From contig NC_068982.1 in NCBI RefSeq assembly GCF_001194135.2, positions 191,763,239 through 191,798,271 on the forward strand: a stretch of 35,033 bases of DNA, in the 5' to 3' direction. Shown in pieces: positions 10,610-20,934 of the stretch. The translations under genes were made by a program, and so were the position numbers. Numbering within the stretch: the first letter of the stretch is position 1; the number at the start of each line of letters is the position of its first letter. Origin of the DNA: Octopus bimaculoides. Lineage: Eukaryota. The notes below the pieces were generated by a model. That model made no database searches. It saw nothing but the letters and a program-made list of their open reading frames with translations, and was not told where the DNA came from.

Positions 10610-11189
10610 AAAATATGATAGACAGATGGCTGTTTTAATGCTATTTTAATTGCATACACTGAGTCTTTTTCTACAGCTTGGCAAGCTGTTCACATTCAGT
10701 TATTCACTGGTAGAAAAATAAATGAAAGGGAAATGAAGGAAGCTTCTAGCAATGCAGAAACGAAAGTTGAAAAAACCTTTAAACACTTCAGAAGAAATGT
10801 GTGTTCCATTAGATCCTGCCATTCGGATAGCAGCCAGAGGGGCAGTAACCCCATTTTCAACTTTCCTCTCTGCATTTTCAGGAGCTTTCTTCTTTTCCCT
10901 TTTCATTTACTATTTTACTTCAGTGAACTTCAATGCTTCAAGTGAACTACATCGCTCATCTATTGGCTACTCTTTCTAGCAGGTGAGGTAACTATATACA
11001 GCCCTCCCAAATTGTTCTGAGTCAGATGTTCAGCCCAACATTACAAATTAATAAACAGACATTTATTGGTTTCACATTTTGATTCACTTTTGGATTAAAA
11101 CAATAAGGAATGTTACTTGATAGGATGCACAGCACCAAGATTAGGGAGCTGCTCCAGGCAGAGCTACTACTTCTCCAAATTGAAAGAAC

Positions 11190-11430
11190 ATAGTTCTGAA
11201 ACATAGCAGGAATGTCTCAGGAAAGAAGTGCCGACAGATTTTGTGGGCAAAACCAATTGGCAGAAGACCCAGGGATAGACCGTGACTGAGATGGTTGGAT
11301 AACATCCACAAGCTCAGGTGGTCTCACTTGCAAATCCAGTCAATAGGAGATGGGTGCTTCTGACAGTGTCCAATGGAAGGTGTAGTTGAGGACTCTGCCC
11401 CTACAAACCTACCAGGAATAAGTGGGTAAA
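11190..11430 (+). mobile_element. Decayed LINE 3' end (RTE/L2-like)
   Basis: Translates ...KPIGRRPRDRP*LRWLDNI..., an R(G)RP..RWLD C-terminal motif. Confidence 0.5.
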
Positions 11431-11498
11431 GAAGATGAGATGAAAGATTTTGTTTTTGTAACCCTTTGAGAATTACAGAAATACCTTTAGATACTCAC

Positions 11499-11636
11499 AT
11501 TGTGAACTCCAAGCATTTTCCACACAGCAAACGTTAGAAGGGAGACACCAGAGATTGAATATAATGTCCCCCATGCAAGTGCACGAGCAGCAAACGCATG
11601 TCCAGTGACAGGGTATTCTCGGCTGGGTATCAAGGT
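11499..11636 (-). CDS. TMEM242: TMEM242 coding exon 3
   Basis: ttttttAG acceptor, GTGAGT donor, 138 nt phase 0/0. TLIPSREYPVTGHAFAARALAWGTLYSISGVSLLTFAVWKMLGVHN aligns with human [32 protein letters not shown]. Confidence 0.95.
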
Positions 11637-11809
11637 CTAAAAAATACAAAATATCGAACGTCACAACAATGAGATGACGAATATTGTTCTGTTACCATGA
11701 CATTTTCTCTTAAAGAACTTTATCATAATAGGGAACTACAAAAGGGGCAGTTAAGGGAGTGGGAGAAGCTGCTGGCTCTCAGCTGTACTTTTAATATGAT
11801 TATTTAACT

Positions 11810-12680
11810 CATTACATTCTAAGTTCAAATCCCTCCAGAGATCAACTATGCTTTCCAACCTTTCAGGGTCAATAAAATAGGTACGAGCTGAGCAATGGGG
11901 GTTGATGTAATTTACAGCTCCTTCCCCAACAATTTCAGGCCCTGTGCCGATACCAGAAAAATCACCACTACTACTACTACTACTACTGCACTTAGCATTT
12001 TGTCCATCTTTACTGGTTTCAAATTCCACCGAGATCGACTTTACTTTTCATCCTTTCTGGATCAATGAAATAAGTACCAGTTGCATACTGGGGTCAATGC
12101 AATTGACAAGCTCCCTTCAAATTTCAGACCTTTTGTGCCTGATGATTATCATTAAGGTTGTGAGCTGACAGACTCGTTAGCATGCCAGGCGAAATACTTA
12201 GTGGCATTTCGTCCATCTTTATTTTCTGAGTTCAAATTCCGCCAGGGTCGACTTTGCCTTCATCCTTTCAGGGTCGATAAAATATGTCACAATCGAGCGT
12301 TAAGGGTTGATGTAATCGACTAATCCCCACCCCAAAATCTCTTGTGAACTGAAGAAAACGTTTAGTGGCATTTTTTGTCTGTCCTTAGGTTCTGTGTTCA
12401 AATTCTACCAAGGTTGACTTTGCTTTTCATCTTTCCAGGGTCAATAAAATAAGGACCAGTTTGAGCAGTGGGATCAACATGATAGACTAAACCCCACCCC
12501 GCCACCTTAAAATTGCTGGCATCGTGCCAAAGTCAGACAGAATCATTATCATCATTATCATTACCAGACTAGACAAAATTCTTAACAGCATCTTGTTCAT
12601 CTTTATGTTCTGAGGAGAAATTTGGCTGAGGCTGACCTTGCCTCTCTTCCTTTCAAGGATGATAAACTGTAATACAGTCA
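11810..12680 (+). mobile_element. Head-to-tail stack of about five diverged copies of one tRNA-derived SINE family (family B)
   Basis: The core TTCTGAGTTCAAATTCC...GACTTTGCCTTTCATCCTTTC...GGTCGATAAAAT...GGGGTCGATGTAAT recurs at ~11812, ~11990, ~12155, ~12355 and ~12575, separated by (CTA)n/(ATC)n tails. Confidence 0.85.
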
Positions 12681-13526
12681 GATACTCGTATTAGACCAAC
12701 GATCTGAGGGACGGGGAGATGTTAGTCAGGACCAGATCAATCCCATACTTGACTGGCACTTTATTTCGCCGACCCTGATGGGATGAAAGTTAAAGATGAC
12801 TTGCCCCCACCCCTACCTCTCAAAATTGCTGACCTTGTGCCCAAACTTCAACCAATTATTATTAAGGACAAACGTCCCCAATAATACAGAACAAAATATT
12901 GGGTTAGTGTGGTGGTGGTGGTGGTGGTGAAACCATCCAATCATAGAATTGTTAGAGATAAGAACCAATCTCAATCAGGTGATCTCTCTAATGTCCCAGT
13001 TTCATTTCATGGTTGAGTGATTGGCAACAGCAGCAACCACAACAATAATCTCCAACTGTTAAACACCTGCTTAATCAAATGATGGAAACGGTTGAATTGG
13101 CAAACTTAAAACCTTTTGGATGAAAGAGAGGCAAAACAGACAACAGAAAAACATGTTTCCCTTTGGTGTCACAGAAGATAATGCATAAAATGTGGTGCAG
13201 TGAATTATTAATGGTTATTTATAATAGATCTCACAAGACTTCTGTCACTGCAAAGGAAAGTTGAAGAGCAGTTTTATGAGGTGGTTTGGTAGGTCAGGCA
13301 ATCTTGGTGAAGCAAGTTTGGGAATATACAGTGGTTGGGTGGGTGGGGGTGGAGGGTAAACAGTAACAAATGATATGAAAGTCCATTCTTGAAGTATTTA
13401 GAGTCAGACTCTGACGCAGAATGAGCTTTGTCAGGACAAAAATTACGAAGGAAAAACAATGACTGAAGAAGAAACAGGTAAGTTTTCTTTGTATTCTTGG
13501 CTTTACAAAAAAATTATTAGATAAAT

Positions 13527-13865
13527 GCAGGAGTGTCTGTGAGGCAAGAAGTTTGCTTCCCAACCACATGGTTCCAGGTTCAGTTCTGCTGTGTGGCAGC
13601 TTGGGCAAGTGTCTTCTGCTATAGTCTCAGGCTGACCAAAACCTTGTGAGTGGATTTTGTGGACAGAAACTGAAAGAAGCCTATCATATATGTGTGTGTG
13701 TGTGTGTTTGTTTGTCCCCCAGCACTGCTTGACAACCAGTGTTGGTGTAACTTAGTATTTTGGCAAAAGAGATCAACAGAATAAGTACCAGGCTTAAAAA
13801 AAAAGAGCACTGGTGGTGCCCCAGCATGGCCACAGTCTAATGACTAAAGCAAGTAAACGATAAAC
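13527..13865 (+). mobile_element. tRNA-derived SINE (family A), near full length
   Basis: Head with B-box-like GGTTCAGTT, then CTTGGGCAAGTGTCTTCT, an internal (TG)n, and a 3' end CAGCATGGCCACAGTCTAATGACT. Confidence 0.85.
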
Positions 13866-14015
13866 TTTAATGACAAAGCAGCAACAACCGGCATCTATTT
13901 ATGAGGTGTGAAACCAATTGGAAAATGTTCTTTGAGTTTCTGAAGATTTTTTTGCAGGGTTCATTTAATGAAAATAATTTATTAACATTTAAATTTGTTT
14001 GGTCTAATTTATTCT

Positions 14016-14423
14016 TTTATTTGTTTCAGACATTTGACTGTGACCATGCTAGAGCACTGCCTTTAGTCGACCAAATTGACTCCAGGACTTATTCTTTGTA
14101 GGCCTAGTACTTATCCTATTGGTCGCTTTTGCTGAACCGCTAACTTACGAGGACGTATATACACCACCATCGGTTGTCAAGCGATGGTAGGGGGACAAAC
14201 ACAGACACACATATATAAACAACAGGCTTCTTTTCAGTTTCCGTCTACCAAATCCACTCAGAAGGCTTTGGTTGNNNNNNNNNNTCCGTCTACCAAATCC
14301 ACTCAGAAGGCTTTGGTTGGCCAAAGGCTATAGTAGAAGACACTTGCCCAAGGTGCCACACAGTGGGACTGAACCCAGAACCATGTGGTCGGTAAGCAGG
14401 CTACTTATCACACACCCACTCCT
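14016..14423 (-). mobile_element. tRNA-derived SINE (family A), interrupted by a 10-N gap
   Basis: Reverse complement of the family A consensus seen at 13527 and 24481. Confidence 0.9.
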
Positions 14424-14869
14424 AACTTTGATACAGGAAATAATTGAAACATTTCCCTCTGTCGGGAATGGAGAAAATAATCAAATTATTTTCTAGTTTC
14501 ATTCCTGCAGCTCTCAGAATTGTTGCTGTTGAATCATCATCATTTGACATCCATTTACCATGCTGGTGTGGGTTGGGGAGGCTGGTACAGTGCCTGAATT
14601 AATTCTTTAGGAAGAATTACACTGCTTCCCTAGACATGGTCGGGGACCAGGTTTCAGCCGAACACAGCAGGGTTTCTATAGCTCAATGGCCTTCCAATCA
14701 CTGGCAACGGCACAAGTGAGCTTGTCTTGTAACACCTAAAGCTACAGAATCCTTGATCGATTATGATGCAAACAGATGCACAAAGTAGTATGTATGAAGA
14801 GGTGAGTAGAAGAGAGAGAGAGTGACAAGAGAAGAATAAGCAGGGGGGGGGAAGCATGATGGGTTGTAA

Positions 14870-15085
14870 TACAGGTGGTGAGCTGGCAGAATCTTTAGCA
14901 CGCTGAGCGAAATGCTTAGTGGTATTTCGTCTGCTGTTATGTTCTGAGTTCAAATTCCACCGAGGTCGACTTTGCCTTTCATCCTTTCAGGGTCGATTAA
15001 ATAAGTACCAGTAATCGACCTAATCCCTTTGTCTGTCCTTGTTTGTCTCCTCTATGTTTAGCCCCCTATGGACAATAAAGAAATA
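14870..15085 (+). mobile_element. tRNA-derived SINE (family B)
   Basis: GAGCTGGCAGAATC...TTCTGAGTTCAAATTCCACCGAGGTCGACTTTGCCTTTCATCC. Confidence 0.85.
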
Positions 15086-15264
15086 GATGGGTTGTAATAC
15101 AGGTGGAAGTGATCAATGGTGAAAGTGAGTGATGGCTGGCATTAGAGGAGAGATTTGTGAGGAGGGGAACAAACAAACAAAAAAAAAAGAAAAGAAATCG
15201 TCAAAGCAAAATCTATTTGAAAAAGTTTCAATGTTATTTTGAAATATTAATTAAAGTGATTTAC

Positions 15265-15365
15265 CTTAGCAAACATGGCAGGGTCTTTCTTCTTAGCCAT
15301 GGCTACCGTTGTTCCAAAGCCAAACAAAAGAGAAGCCGTAGTCAAAGACGTAAAGAATGCAGCCC
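15265..15365 (-). CDS. TMEM242: TMEM242 coding exon 2
   Basis: gtgtttcAG acceptor, GTAAAT donor, 101 nt phase 1/0. (G)AAFFTSLTTASLLFGFGTTVAMAKKKDPAMFAK aligns with human [34 protein letters not shown]. Confidence 0.95.
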
Positions 15366-15594
15366 CTGAAACACAAACAAAAACATTCTCAGCAATTTTA
15401 CCCAAACGTTTTCTTATAATTATATCATCACCATTGATTCACCATCGATTTTTTGCATTTTGTACAAGTGTTTCGATTCAGATTTTGCTTTTTTTTTTTA
15501 AAACTGTTTTGGTAAAATTTGTTCAACCTGCCCCATCGCTTTCTCTTGGATTTCTTTGATGTCTTTGAAATTTTATTCCTTTCAAATGGGATTT

Positions 15595-15740
15595 CATCAT
15601 CACCATCGTTTAACGTCCGTTTTCCATGCTGGCATGGGTCGGACGGTTCGACAGGAGCCGGCCAGGCATGAGTCTGCACCAGACTTCTGGGTCTGTTTTG
15701 GCAGGGTTTTTACAGCTGGATGCCCTTTCTAAGACCAATG
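15595..15740 (-). mobile_element. 3' tail fragment of RTE-related repeat (family C)
   Basis: Reverse complement of ...CCAACCCATGCCAGCATGGAAAACGGACGTTAAACGATG(ATG)n. Confidence 0.8.
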
Positions 15741-16294
15741 GTAAAAAAGCAAAAGTCACAAAGGTCGAGATCGGGTAACATGGTAGTTGTTGGGACCAGG
15801 GCAATGTTGTGCTGGATCCAAAACTGCTGCAGTGAATGGGCATGGTGCATGGTCCCGGTGGAGTTGCCACTCACTAGACACATTCAATTCTATCCTTCTC
15901 TAGTGAACAACATCCTACAAACGCCACATGTCATGGCAGTATTCCTTGTTTATTGTCTGACCAAGTAGAGCATACTCAGGGTGAACAATGACCCTTGTAA
16001 CAGAAGAAGAAAACCGTCAACAGTGTCTTCACATTGCTTAGACTCTTTTATGCTTTCTTTGGTCTTGGAGAAGTTGGGGGTCTTCCACTCTGAAAGATTT
16101 CAGGGTCGTAGTCATAGACAATTCAACAAAATAAATTTTTCTCCAAAATTCCATTTTTTAACATCTTTCTTCCCCCACTCCACACAGACCACAATTTTAA
16201 AAATTTTTTATGCTTCTCAACCACATGATTTTGTGTTCAATCACTGCCTTGAAGAATTCTTAGTCAAAGGAGTCAATGCCAGTACTTTCTTTTT

Positions 16295-16410
16295 TAAAGC
16301 CTGATACTTATTCTATCAATCTCTTTTGCTAAACCACTAAGTTATGGGGATGTAAACAAACCAACACCAGTAGTCAAAGTGCTGGGGGTAAAACAGACAC
16401 AGACACACAC
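16295..16410 (-). mobile_element. Family A SINE fragment
   Basis: AGCCTGATACTTATTCTATC...CCACTAAGTTATGGGGATGTAAAC matches family A. Confidence 0.7.
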
Positions 16411-17289
16411 ACGAGGAAGGTGGCAAAATTAGTAACCAAGGTAAAACATGTAATTTCTAATTTCTCATTTTTTCCCTATTTGAAATCAATAAATTGCAAG
16501 TATTGCCTCATTATGTCTGGGAGTAGAAGTTGGGCAGCCGAGATGTTGCTATTGTTGTTGAGGTGGGAAGAGTTCGAAACCTAGTCAGGGGACAGGTACT
16601 TTTTTTTTTTTTTCCAAGAAATTTTTCCTCCACTCTGATCCAATTGTAATTGAGGCTGCTGGTGAAACAACTGGATAATTTTTGGTGTTTGACAAACAAT
16701 ATTCTTTTCTCGGTGGGAGAAAAAATATTGATAAAGTCTAATCTGTTTCAAAATATGCTGTCTAAAAATGGAGTAAAAATGGGTAATGTCTAATTCCTTC
16801 TCTTTAACTGCACGGTGAGTAAATATATGAGGAGGACACTGCAACAGATTAGGAAGAAGTTATGGAGTATATTTCTGTTGAGCTTTTCTATTTAGTCTAG
16901 TTTCGTTAATATCATGGTACCATTTTCCCCAGATCCTCTTTCATCTGACATAGATCATTTCTTTTTTCTTTTTGCATTTCTGATTTTTCTTATGTCTAGC
17001 GATGGATATTGGATGTGTAGGAGTCTGTTTTCAAATGTAATTCTGGAGAACTGAAGTGGCAAGTTTACCTTATCATGTGTTACTCATTTTGCGCCAGTCA
17101 AATTTGTCTTTTATATGCTCAAAGAAAATAGCGATAATATTCGGAAACATTCAGATTATGCTACAATGCTTAAGGAAAGCCATTTGCTTAGCAATTTAAT
17201 TTTTGTAAAGTAATGAACATTTGTAAAAAATATATTTTGTTTCAAAGTCAAAAATGCAGTAAAAACTCCTCATTGTGTCCCAACCCCAT

Positions 17290-17415
17290 ACGATGGGCTT
17301 CGTTCAGTTTCCGTCTACCAAATGCCCACTGTGAGGCACTTGCTGAAAAGGTGCCACGCAATGGGAATGAACCTGGAAGAACGTGGCTGGGAAGCAAACT
17401 TTTTACCACACAGTC
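17290..17415 (-). mobile_element. Family A SINE 5' fragment
   Basis: GGGCTTCGTTCAGTTTCCGTCTACCAAAT...AAGGTGCCACGCAATGG...TTTTACCACACAG. Confidence 0.7.
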
Positions 17416-18136
17416 AAACAAGCACTTGTTGAATTTTTTTTATGTGCCATGAAATAAAATGATGAAAGAAAGGCAAATACAAATTCATTTTGTGACAACA
17501 ATTCCAAAGACACAAGAATGGAGGGGGTCAAGGTAGAAGCTTGTAGAAAAATGAATTTTTGAAAGAAGCTGCTTTTTTTTCTTTTTTTCTTGAGGCGAAA
17601 TTATACAGGACTTCTTCCAAGAATCTCCGTTTTATTGATGATTTCAGTTAAATGATTGAATATTCCAAAAGTGCACCAGTTGTAGCGGGAAAAAATTTCC
17701 GATTATTTGAAGTAAATACAGACACGTGTTCCGGCAGTTTTACTTCAAGTCTCCTGGGTAAAGGGCATAGTGTTGATATCATTAAAAGAATGTGTTATAA
17801 TAATAGAAGCTACCTGACTGAAGATGCTAACTTACAACTGGTATAAGTCTATCTTGGGTCCAGGACGAAAGTCACTCTTAACAATGTTATGACAGAGAAA
17901 TAAGACAAGGAAATAGGGAGCCCCTTATGTGGTTGCTGGCCCAGCTAGAAATAATATACAAATTACATCATGCTAATTTGGCAAAAGAACGATACACTGT
18001 CACAATATTCCAAGGTGGACCAAGAACCGGTCAATTCTGATCCATGCCTCTTAAGGACTGGCCTGTGGTTAAATAGAATCACCTCAGACACTCAACATAA
18101 TGTTCAATAATAAATTAACATAAAAATAGAAAATAC

Positions 18137-18278
18137 CTTTTAAATTAGACAGTCTATTATTTCGCTGATTCGTAATCTGCTTGTCATCATCATTATTTAC
18201 TGCCAATAAAGTCGGTTCAGCTTTTATTTCATTATTTAATCGGTTCTTTCCGTCGTCGTCCTCAGCCGATGAAGCCAT
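18137..18278 (-). CDS. TMEM242: TMEM242 coding exon 1
   Basis: AAAATGG start (ATG at 18278), MASSAEDDDGKNRLNNEIKAEPTLLAVNNDDDKQITNQRNNRLSNLK, then G|GTATT phase-1 donor compatible with exon 2. NRLSNLKG resembles human DRLFLVKG. Confidence 0.8.
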
Positions 18279-18369
18279 TTTGATAACATTTACCAAGGTG
18301 AAGTTACAATAAATTTATAAATAGTATTATTGAAATAAAACTTCATTATCTTTTATATTTTAATGTAGA

Positions 18370-18590
18370 AATTAAATTACTAGCAACACTAATTCTTTTT
18401 TGTTCATTATATTTTGTGCAATATTGCTCAAAAGAAATAAATGACAAACAGCGACATTTTAACCAATCATAGTGAAGAATTACATTTTCTGTGCTCCGAA
18501 ATATCTCCTTAGCAACCTAACAACAAACAACATTCATTGTTTTTGTTTGTTTTTTAAATTGGAACATTTCTAACATTTCTAAAGAGGTGA
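18370..18590. promoter_or_regulatory. Candidate bidirectional promoter with X-box/RFX-like, CCAAT and forkhead-like motifs; candidate non-coding RSPH3 exon 1 donor
   Basis: ATTACTAGCAAC (18376-18387), CCAAT (18463-18467), ATCTCCTTAGCAAC (18503-18516), TGTTTGTTT (18544-18552) and a plus-strand AG|GTGAGA donor at 18586/18587. An ETS-like ATTTCCGGT lies at 18905-18913 in a CpG-enriched stretch. Confidence 0.5.
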
Positions 18591-19164
18591 GAAAGAAATT
18601 TGGCGCCAAGACAGTTAGGTTGGTCGACTAAAATATTCCTTCTTTATAATATTTACTGCTATGTTGTGGAGTGGCGGAGAGCGATTTAACAAACTCCTCG
18701 ACAATAACATCATAACTAAAACATCTACGAAAATATTATTGTGTAAAATTGTATTTCCTCTTTAATAGTATTTTTTGTAATATTTTTTATCCTACATATT
18801 AATTTTTAATTAGTTTTATTGAAGAAATCTATTTCTTGATGCAAAATATTTGCTAAATAGTGTTCTTAATTGTAAAGTAGAAAGATCTCAGAGAACCGGT
18901 TTCAATTTCCGGTTGCGGTTACATCTCTTACATAAATTGTAAATTATCTTTTTTAAAAAAAAGGCATGAACATCACACAATCTCGTTTCTCTTCTCTAAA
19001 CCCAAAATGTTTCAAAATTTTCCCTTCGGTTCTCTCCCTTTAATTACAAGTCAGAATGGTCTTTCCCCGCCAACACCGTCAGAGGAGACACGGCCAGAAA
19101 CCCGAATATTTGGACGGCGATGAGCACTAGAGTAATTAAAGTGTCTAGTTATTTAACAATGTGA

Positions 19165-19250
19165 CTGAAAACCTATACATTCTGAGTTCAAATCTATTCA
19201 AGGTCGACTTTGCATCCTTCCAGGATTGATTGATTGATAAAGTACCTATA
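19165..19250 (+). mobile_element. Family B SINE fragment
   Basis: TTCTGAGTTCAAATC...GGTCGACTTTGCATCC...AAAGTACC. Confidence 0.65.
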
Positions 19251-20209
19251 AAGAACTGAATTGATTTACTTCTCTTAGAGAAGAGCATCGGAGATATGAA
19301 CAGGATTATAGCAGAAAATGGAGTAGGAGCAAGAATTCGGGTCCCGTGTCCATAGTTGACGGAATACTTGTAAGGATTTGAACTCGACACCTCTAAGTTG
19401 CTTCGTTCTAAACATAATCCACATGGATATTTTCGTTTCCTTGGAACATATCACTGAATGAAATAATTTTGGTAATTATTTTTACTGACAAGTTGCGAAA
19501 AATAATGTGGGCCCTAATTAGCAGGGTAGAGCAGCCGTAATTAATGAGTCTTGGGTGGGGTGGGGGATTTGTATCCGAATTGCCCTAATTTCTTTTCAAT
19601 AGTGTAGCTGGGGAGGAGATTAGAGGCTGTCAGTTCCGGCGATTTTGTTACGGGCAGCATTTTTTTATTTTGCTGTATAGGTTTTAGGACACGAGGTAGG
19701 CACAATGTACCACTGGTTCTCTAGGGTCCACAACCTTAGATGTGTTATTAACGCTGCTAAATATCTTGAGAAAGATAGGAATGTCACAGAACCTCAGTCC
19801 TTCTTTGAGAAATTCTTATAATTCTTTATAAATAACCGAACATGTACCTAAGTAAGAAATCAATTTATAAGACTGGCTGACTCTATTGAATAGGCTTATA
19901 TTACTGGTATTTCATCATCGTCAGTGAGTTGAATAGCAAAGTCATTAAAGGAAGAATTTGAACTAAGAACAAGGAAGAGAAACAACTGGAACGAAAAAGA
20001 TCAGCGAAAGCAATTGTGCTTTACTGTCTGAAACCTGCTCCACGCCTAGGGTTTTATGTAAGAAATGGAGGAATCGAAAAATAGGAAGAAGAGTGAAAGG
20101 ATTTGAAATAGGGAGGGAGTCTATGAAGAGACAAGAAAAGTCAGATGGAAGGAGAAAGGTAGAAAGCGATAACTTATCTGAAGTGTTGGTAGAGAGAGTA
20201 AGAGGAGAG

Positions 20210-20730
20210 GCGAAGCTGTTCTGCACACTTGTGCAGTGTCTGAGTATTGCTCACTTGTGGAGTTATGTCAAACTGGGGGGCCGGGGACGAATCTATCAAC
20301 TGAATCCATTTTGAGAATCATCCCACCACCCATCCTTAACAAGGCAGAGAGCAAGCAGTGTTCCCCTGTCCAGAGGCAAAAGAGGTTATGTGGTGGACGA
20401 AGCTGAAAGAATTGAGGAAAAAACACATTCCTCGTTGGTCAAGCTGTCATCAACTTTTTTAAAGTTTCATTCAAAAAGGAAAGTGAGGGAGGAGAGAGAA
20501 GTGCTGCCTCCCACCGACTTTGTGGAAAAGATGGGTGACTTTGGTGAAAACTGTTAGAGGGAATGGCCCTACTCTTAAGCACTTGTAGATTGGAGAACAG
20601 GAGAGAGGGCTCGTGACTTTGGTAGTCACGGGGATTCTGGATCTGTGGGGTTCCTTGATTGACCCTTGTTGGAGTTTCTCCTGTATCAGGGGGATTGCAT
20701 CACTCATGTTGTTCCATACTTTGTAGACAA
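20210..20730 (+). mobile_element. L1/Tx1-type LINE 3' fragment
   Basis: TVLHTLVQCLSIAHLWSYV...FHSKRKVREEREVLPPTDFV...; homologous to 8100-8990. Confidence 0.8.
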
Positions 20731-20934
20731 CGTACACTTGTATCTGTTGCCAGCATCCTCTGAGTAGCAGATTAGTTATGCTGTGGCTCCTAATGTGCAG
20801 ACATGCTTTTGGGTTACACCACCTGCAATGATTTCTGGATGGTAAACATGTTTGGGCTCCATTTGTGAGGTATGTCTTTCTGCAGTTCATCTCCTTAACA
20901 GAGCTGTAGTCCTGGGTGAAGAAAAAACTGAGAC

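Noticed and set aside
11810-12680. Repeat-spacer-like periodicity suggesting CRISPR (also the 66-bp units at 32191)
   Set aside because: Eukaryotic context, units are diverged SINE/LINE parts 66-190 bp long, and there are no cas genes.
13527-13600. tRNA-like A/B-box sequences (also 14350-14420, 24730-24795, 25260-25305)
   Set aside because: These are SINE heads continuing into SINE bodies, with no complete cloverleaf.
14236-14325. Apparent 35-bp direct duplication around the 10-N gap
   Set aside because: Overlapping contig ends within a SINE; an assembly artefact. The 24654-24663 gap is similar.
17595-17875. ORF 17652-17846, a possible plus-strand exon, and a GTCC-A-GGAC-GAAA hammerhead-like motif
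   Set aside because: No recognisable homology, stops in all frames from the weak GAG acceptor, a one-nucleotide loop, and no CTGANGA.
18279-18296. Longer TMEM242 start from the ORF track (18296)
   Set aside because: That codon is TTG. The first ATG in good context is at 18278.
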